Positions 13,701 through 19,713 of a stretch of 19,713 nt of DNA are shown piece after piece. The DNA lies in contig SMMR01000018.1 in NCBI GenBank assembly GCA_012295275.1, forward strand, positions 1 through 19,713, in the 5' to 3' direction. The position numbers and the translations under genes are program-made. Under the pieces are notes generated by a model, which saw only the letters and a list, made by a program, of their open reading frames with translations, was not told the origin of the DNA and did not search any database. The stretch comes from Chrysomallon squamiferum (Eukaryota; Animalia; Mollusca). How positions within the stretch are numbered: position 1 is the first letter of the stretch; each line of letters opens with the position of its first letter.

Positions 13701-16700
13701 AATGGTGCTGCACCTTTTGAAAATGCGTTTGAAAAAAAAACGAGCAAATTTTCAAAAATATGTGCGTTTTTTGTGCACGTGTCGGAAACGAGTTGTTCCC
13801 CTTGGGTGGGGCGTGCGGCACTTTTCACCCGTGTAGGGCAACCCTTGCCCCACTTTTGGGTATGTGCGCCCGATTTTTCCCACGTGCACAGAAAAAGTTA
13901 TTATTGCACTGAAAAAAAGGTACCCCTAGCATTTTCAACGAAACTTGAAAAATTCGATTTTCAAAAGTTGAAAATCCGTGTGGCACTATTCCGTGCGGTC
14001 GGGAAAAAATTTTTCAACGTGCAAAAAAAAAGGTGCGCGCCGTCGGGGCGAGTGTGGCAAAAGCGTTTCCAACATTTGCCAATGGTGCTGCACCTTTTGA
14101 AAAAAAAAAAAAAAAAAAAAAACGAGCAAATTCAAAAAAAAAAATATGTGCGTTTTTTGTGCACGTGTCGGAAACGAGTTGTTCCCCTTGGGTGGGGCGT
14201 GCGGCACTTTTCACCCGTGTAGGGCAACCCTTGCCCCACTTTTGGGTATGTGCGCCCGATTTTTCCCACGTGCACAGAAAAAGTTATTGCACTTTGAAAA
14301 AGGTACCCCTAGCATTTTCAACGAAACTTGAAAAAATTCGATTTCAAAAGTTGAAAATCCGTGTGGCACTATTCCGTGCGGTCGGGAAAAATATTTCAAC
14401 GTGTGCAAAAGGTGCGCGCCGTCGGGGCGAGTGTGGCAAAAGCGTTTCCAACATTTGCCAATGGTGCTGCACCTTTTGAAAATGCGTTTGTCAAAAAAAC
14501 GAGCAAATTTTCAAAAATATGTGCGTTTTTTGTGCACGTGTCGGAAACGAGTTGTTCCCCTTGGGTGGGGCGTGCGGCACTTTTCACCCGTGTAGGGCAA
14601 CCCTTGCCCCACTTTTGGGTATGTGCGCCCGATTTTCCCCCGTGCGTGCACAAAAAAGTTATTGCACTTTGAAAAAGGTACCCTAGCATTTTCAACGAAA
14701 CTTGAAAAAATTCGATTTTCAAAAGTTGAAAATCCGTGTGGCACTATTCCGTGCGGTCGGGAAAAAATATTTCAACGTGTGCAAAGGTGCGCGCCGTCGG
14801 GGCGAGTGTGGCAAAAGCGTTTCCAACATTTGCCAATGGTGCTGCACCTTTGAAAAAATGAAAAAAAAAAAAAAAACGAGCAAATTTTCAAAAAAAATAT
14901 GTGCGTTTTTTTGTGCACGTGTCGGAAACGAGTTGTTCCCCTTGGGTGGGGCGTGCGGCACTTTTCACCCGTGTAGGGCAACCCTTGCCCCACTTTTGGG
15001 TATGTGCGCCCGATTTTTCCCACGTGCACAGAAAAAGTTATTGCACTTTGAAAAAGGTACCCCTAGCATTTTCAACGAAACTTGAAAAAATTCGATTTTC
15101 AAAAGTTGAAAATCCGTGTGGCACTATTCCGTGCGGTCGGGAAAAATATTTCAACGTGTGCAAAAGGTGCGCGCCGTCGGGGCGAGTGTGGCAAAAGCGT
15201 TTCCAACATTTGCCAATGGTGCTGCACCTTTGAAAATGCGTTGAAAAAAAAAAAAACGAGCAAATTTTCAAAAATATGTGCGTTTTTTGTGCACGTGTCG
15301 GAAACGAGTTGTTCCCCTTGGGTGGGGCGTGCGGCACTTTTCACCCGTGTAGGGCAACCCTTGCCCCACTTTTTGGTATGTGCGCCGATTTTTTTCCCAC
15401 GTGCACAGAAAAAGTTATTGCACTTTGAAAAAGGTACCCCTAGCATTTTCAACGAAACTTGAAAAAATTCGATTTTCAAAAGTTGAAAATCCGTGTGGCA
15501 CTATTCCGTGCGGTCGGGAAAAATATTTCAACGTGTGCAAAAGGTGCGCGCCGTCGGGCGAGTGTGGCAAAAGCGTTTCCAACATTTGCCAATGGTGCTG
15601 CACCTTTTGAAAATGCGAAAAAAAAAAAACGAGCAAATTTTCAAAAATATGTGCGTTTTTGTGCACGTGTCGGAAACGAGTTGTTCCCCTGGGGGTGGGG
15701 CGTGCGGCACTTTTCACCCGTGTAGGGCAACCCTTGCCCCACTTTTGGGTATGTGCGCCCGATTTTTCCCACGTGCACAGAAAAAGTTATTGCACTTTGA
15801 AAAAGGTAACCCTAGCATTTTCAACGAAACTGGAAAAATTCGATTTTCAAAAGTTGAAAATCCGTGTGGCACTATTCCGTGCGGTCGGGAAAAATATTTC
15901 AACGTGTGCAAAAGGTGCGCGCCGTCGGGGCGAGTGTGGCAAAAGCGTTTCCAACATTTGCCAATGGTGCTGCACCTTTTGAAAATGCGTTTGAAAAAAA
16001 AACGAGCAAATTTTCAAAAAAATATGTTTTTTTTTGTGTGTCGTGTCGGAAACGAGTTGTTCCCCTTGGGGGGGCGTGCGGCACTTTTCACCCGTGTAGG
16101 GCAACCCTTGCCCCACTTTTGGGTATGTGCGCCCGATTTTTCCCACGTGCACAGAAAAAGTTATTGCACTTTGAAAAAAAAGGTACCCTAGCATTTTCAA
16201 CGAAACTTGAAAAATTCGATTTTCAAAAGTTGAAAATCCGTGTGGCACTATTCCGTGCGGTCGGGAAAAATATTTCAACGTGTGCAAAAAAGGTGCGCGC
16301 CGTCGGGGCGAGTGTGGCAAAAGCGTTTCCAACATTTGCCAATGGTGCTGCACCTTTTGAAAATGCGTTGAAAAAAAAAAAACGAGCAATCAAAAAAATA
16401 TGTGCGTTTTTGTGCACGTGTCGGAAACGAGTTGTTCCCCTTGGGTGGGGCGTGCGGCACTTTTCACCCGTGTAGGGCAACCCTTGCCCCACTTTTGGGT
16501 ATGTGCGCCCGATTTTTCCCACGTGCACAGAAAAAGTTATTGCACTTTGAAAAAGGTACCCCTAGCATTTTCAACGAAACTTGAAAAAATTCGATTTTCA
16601 AAAGTTGAAAATCCGTGTGGCACTATTCCGTGCGGTCGGGAAAAATATTTCAACGTGTGCAAAAGGTGCGCGCCGTCGGGGCGAGTGTGGCAAAAGCGTT

Positions 16701-18169
16701 TCCAACATTTGCCAATGGTGCTGCACCTTTTGAAAATGCGTTTGAAAAAAAAACGAGCAAATTTTCAAAAATATGTGCGTTTTTTTGTGCACGTGTCGGA
16801 AACGAGTTGTCCCCCCTTGGGGTGGGGCGTGTTTTTTTTCACCCGTGTAGGGCAACCCTTGCCCCTTTTTTTGGGTATGTGCGCCCGATTTTTCCACGTG
16901 CACAGAAAAAGTTATTGCACTTTGAAAAAAGGTACCCTAGCATTTTCAACGAAACTTGAAAAAATTCGATTTTCAAAAGTTGAAAATCCGTGTGGCACTA
17001 TTCCGTGCGGTCGGGAAAAATATTTCAACGTGTGCAAAAGGTGCGCGCCGTCGGGGCGAGTGTGGCAAAAGCGTTTCCAACATTTGCCAATGGTGCTGCA
17101 CCTTTTGAAAATGCGTTTGAAAAAAAAAACGAGCAAATTTTCAAAAATATGTGCGTTTTTTGTGCACGTGTCGGAAACGAGTTGTTCCCCTTGGGTGGGG
17201 CGTGCGGCACTTTTCACCCGTGTAGGGCAACCCTTGCCCCCCCACTTTTGGGTATGTGCGCCCGATTTTTCCCACGTGCACAGAAAAAGTTATTGCACTT
17301 TGAAAAAAAGGTACCCTAGCATTTTCAACGAAACTTGAAAAAATTCGATTTTCAAAAGTTGAAAATCCGTGTGGCACTATTCCGTGCGGTCGGGAAAAAT
17401 ATTTCAACGTGTGCAAAAGGTGCGCGCCGTCGGGGCGAGTGTGGCAAAAGCGTTTCCAACATTTGCCAATGGTGCTGCACCTTTGAAAATGTTTGAAAAA
17501 AAAAAAACGAGCAAATTTTCAAAAATATGTGTTTTTTTTTTGTGCACGTGTCGGAAAAACGAGTTGTTCCCCTTGGGTGGGGCGTGCGGCACTTTTCACC
17601 CGTGTAGGGCAACCCTTGCCCCACTTTTGGGTATGTGCGCCCGATTTTTCCCACGTGCACAGAAAAAGTTATTGCACTTTGAAAAAGGTACCCCTAGCAT
17701 TTTCAACGAAACTTGAAAAAATTCGATTTTCAAAAGTTGAAAATCCGTGTGGCACTATTCCGTGCGGTCGGGAAAAATATTTCAACGTGTGCAAAAGGTG
17801 CGCGCCGTCGGGGCGAGTGTGGCAAAAGCGTTTCCAACATTTGCCAATGGTGCTGCACCTTTTGAAAATGCGTTTGAAAAAAAAAAAAACGAGCAAATCA
17901 AAAAAAAATATGTGTTTTTTGTGCACGTGTCGGAAACGAGTTGTTCCCCCTTGGGTGGGGCGTGCGGCACTTTTCACCCGTGTAGGGCAACCCTTGCCCC
18001 ACTTTTGGGTATGTGCGCCCGATTTTTCCCACGTGCACAGAAAAAGTTATTGCACTTTGAAAAAGGTACCCCTAGCATTTTCAACGAAACTTGAAAAAAT
18101 TCGATTTTCAAAAGTTGAAAATCCGTGTGGCACTATTCCGTGCGGTCGGGAAAAATATTTCAACGTGTG

Positions 18170-18242
18170 CAAAAGGTGCGCGCCGTCGGGGCGAGTGTGG
18201 CAAAAGCGTTTCCAACATTTGCCAATGGTGCTGCACCTTTTG
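18170..18242. repeat. Inverted-repeat domain 1 of the monomer (10-bp closing stem enclosing two hairpins); recurs across copies
   Basis: CAAAAGGTGC 18170-18179 pairs with GCACCTTTTG 18233-18242. Inside are CGCC/GGCG (18181-18184/18190-18193) and TGGCAAA/TTTGCCA (18198-18204/18218-18224). Confidence 0.75.
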
Positions 18243-18289
18243 AAAATGCGTTTGAAAAAAAAACGAGCAAATTTTCAAAAATATGTGCG

Positions 18290-18418
18290 TTTTTTGTGCA
18301 CGTGTCGGAAACGAGTTGTTCCCCTTGGGTGGGGCGTGCGGCACTTTTCACCCGTGTAGGGCAACCCTTGCCCCACTTTTGGGTATGTGCGCCCGATTTT
18401 TCCCACGTGCACAGAAAA
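18290..18418. repeat. Inverted-repeat domain 2 of the monomer (15-bp closing stem with one G-T, nested stems); recurs across copies
   Basis: TTTTTTGTGCACGTG 18290-18304 pairs with CACGTGCACAGAAAA 18404-18418. Nested: GGAAA/TTTCC (18307-18311/18399-18403), GTGGGGC/GCCCCAC (18329-18335/18370-18376) and AGGG/CCCT (18358-18361/18365-18368). Confidence 0.75.
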
Positions 18419-18451
18419 AGTTATTGCACTTTGAAAAAGGTACCCCTAGCA

Positions 18452-18497
18452 TTTTCAACGAAACTTGAAAAAATTCGATTTTCAAAAGTTGAAAATC
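18452..18497. repeat. Two adjacent AT-rich dyads built from the TTTTCAA/TTGAAAA motif; recur across copies
   Basis: TTTTCAA-CGAAAC-TTGAAAA (18452-18471) and GATTTTCAA-AAG-TTGAAAATC (18477-18497). Confidence 0.8.
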
Positions 18498-19691
18498 CGT
18501 GTGGCACTATTCCGTGCGGTCGGGAAAAATATTTCAACGTGTGCAAAAGGTGCGCGCCGTCGGGGCGAGTGTGGCAAAAGCGTTTCCAACATTTGCCAAT
18601 GGTGCTGCACCTTTTGAAAATGCGTTTGAAAAAAAAACGAGCAAATTTTCAAAAATATGTGCGTTTTTTGTGCACGTGTCGGAAACGAGTTGTTCCCCTT
18701 GGGTGGGGCGTGCGGCACTTTTCACCCGTGTAGGGCAACCCTTGCCCCCTTTTTTGGGTATGTGCGCCCGATTTTTCCCACGTGCACAGAAAAAGTTATT
18801 GCACTTTGAAAAAGGTACCCCTAGCATTTTCAACGAAACTTGAAAAAATTCGATTTTCAAAAGTTGAAAATCCGTGTGGCACTATTCCGTGCGGTCGGGA
18901 AAAATATTTCAACGTGTGCAAAAGGTGCGCGCCGTCGGGGCGAGTGTGGCAAAAGCGTTTCCAACATTTGCCAATGGTGCTGCACCTTTGAAAATGCGTT
19001 GAAAAAAAAAAAACGAGCAAATTTTCAAAAAAATATGTGCGTTTTTTTGTGCACGTGTCGGAAACGAGTTGTTCCCCTTGGGTGGGGCGTGCGGCACTTT
19101 TCACCCGTGTAGGGCAACCCTTGCCCCACTTTTGGGTATGTGCGCCCGATTTTTCCCACGTGCACAGAAAAAGTTATTGCACTTTGAAAAAGGTACCCTA
19201 GCATTTTCAACGAAACTTGAAAAATTCGATTTCAAAAAAGTTGAAAATCCGTGTGGCACTATTCCGTGCGGTCGGGAAAAATATTTCAACGTGTGCAAAA
19301 GGTGCGCGCCGTCGGGGCGAGTGTGGCAAAAGCGTTTCCAACATTTGCCAATGGTGCTGCACCTTTTGAAAATGCGTTTGAAAAAAAACGAGCAAATTTC
19401 AAAAATATGTGCGTTTTTTGTGCACGTGTCGGAAACGAGTTGTTCCCCTTGGGTGGGGCGTGCGGCACTTTTCACCCGTGTAGGGCAACCCTTGCCCCAC
19501 TTTTGGGTATGTGCGCCCGATTTTTCCCACGTGCACAGAAAAAGTTATTGCACTTTGAAAAGGTACCCCTAGCATTTTCAACGAAACTTGAAAAATCTGA
19601 TTTTCAAAAGTTGAAAATCCGTGTGGCACTATTCCGTGCGGTCGGGAAAAATATTTCAACGCGAGTGTGGCAAAAGGTGCGGGCTTTGTTG

Positions 19692-19713
19692 AGCAATACG
19701 TAACTGAACGAAG
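19692..19713 (-). other. Oxford Nanopore ligation sequencing adapter remnant (technical sequence)
   Basis: AGCAATACGTAACTGAACGAAG is the exact reverse complement of CTTCGTTCAGTTACGTATTGCT, the 3' part of the ONT Y-adapter top strand (AATGTACTTCGTTCAGTTACGTATTGCT). It sits at the extreme 3' end, where read-through adapter is expected. Confidence 0.96.

Larger units (their letters stand above)
18121..18494 (+). repeat. Representative consensus-length monomer (374 bp)
   Basis: ATCCGTGTGG at 18121 recurs at 18495. Copies anchored at 2569, 3317, 8317 and 18125 are all 374 bp, give the same translation and look identical by eye. Hand count: A99 C80 G92 T103. Confidence 0.93.
1..19680. repeat. Head-to-tail tandem array, ~52 copies of a 374-bp monomer (satellite DNA or rolling-circle concatemer; family not recognised)
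   Basis: The anchor GTGTGGCACTATTCCGTGCGG recurs 52 times in one orientation, from 297 to 19621 (297, 672, 1052, 1439, 1810, 2190, 2569, 2943, 3317, 3691 ... 18125, 18499, 18874, 19251, 19621). Modal spacing is 374, mean about 379, range 370-430. There are no unique spacers and no inversions. Confidence 0.99.

Noticed and set aside
6373-15863. 12-monomer higher-order repeat suggested by GGTAACCC in copies 17, 29 and 41
   Set aside because: Copy 5 lacks the variant, copies 6 and 14 are off-phase, and other markers such as the duplication in copy 20 do not recur at 12-copy spacing.
18131-18161. CRESS-DNA/geminivirus-type origin nonanucleotide (CACTATTCC at 18131, AAATATTTC at 18153)
   Set aside because: Both miss the conserved A at position 8 of NANTATTAC, neither sits in the loop of a long GC-rich stem, and no Rep is encoded.
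18327-18383. G-quadruplex from G-runs (GGGTGGGG...GGG...GGG)
   Set aside because: Loops of about 20 nt or more separate the later runs, and competing C-rich complementary stems lie within the same segment.
18121-18494. Known viroid or hammerhead-containing satellite RNA
   Set aside because: The consensus has no CTGA on either strand, so there is no CUGANGA hammerhead core. No pospiviroid central conserved region (GGATCCCCGGGGAAACC) is present, and the pairing is branched, not rod-like. Other ribozyme classes need a covariance-model search.
18121-18494. 5S rDNA, tRNA, spliced-leader or snRNA gene tandem unit
   Set aside because: The unit size is compatible, but I recognise no 5S sequence, tRNA cloverleaf with a GTTCRA T-loop, or known spliced-leader sequence on either strand. 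An Rfam scan would be definitive.
18240-18497. Bacterial sigma70 promoters or intrinsic terminators from TTGAAA words and hairpins
   Set aside because: No convincing correctly spaced TATAAT-like -10 box was seen and there is no gene to regulate. These words are explained by the repeat's internal motif.
1-19680. CRISPR array
   Set aside because: The whole 374-bp unit repeats. There are no unique spacers, no leader and no cas genes.
19675-19691. ONT native barcode flank (AGGTGC...) before the adapter
   Set aside because: AGGTGC is part of the monomer itself, and there is no room for a 24-nt barcode or the TTAACCTT flank.
47-19703. The many ORFs in the six-frame track, including 453 aa (8317-9678), 332 aa (6912-7910) and 312 aa (16400-17338)
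   Set aside because: All are mosaics of the same few monomer frames joined by homopolymer frameshifts. They occur on both strands, are K/F-rich from A/T runs, and show no recognisable domain or consistent start.

Overview
The window contains no supportable gene. Positions 1 to about 19680 are one head-to-tail array of about 52 copies of a 374-bp monomer (46% GC by hand count of the copy at 18121-18494). Copies differ almost only by homopolymer-length changes. The last 22 nt (19692-19713) match the Oxford Nanopore ligation adapter, so this is the untrimmed end of a raw or unpolished nanopore sequence, and most copy-to-copy variation is probably basecalling error. The monomer is rich in inverted repeats that could form a branched fold, carries 8 exact TTGAAAA/TTTTCAA motifs, and looks like a diverged dimer of ~187-bp halves. 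It is either a highly homogenised eukaryotic-type satellite DNA or a rolling-circle concatemer of a 374-nt circle. The sequence alone cannot decide, although the 2x187 structure leans towards a satellite. I do not recognise the repeat family. The ORF track consists of frameshifted re-readings of the same monomer.
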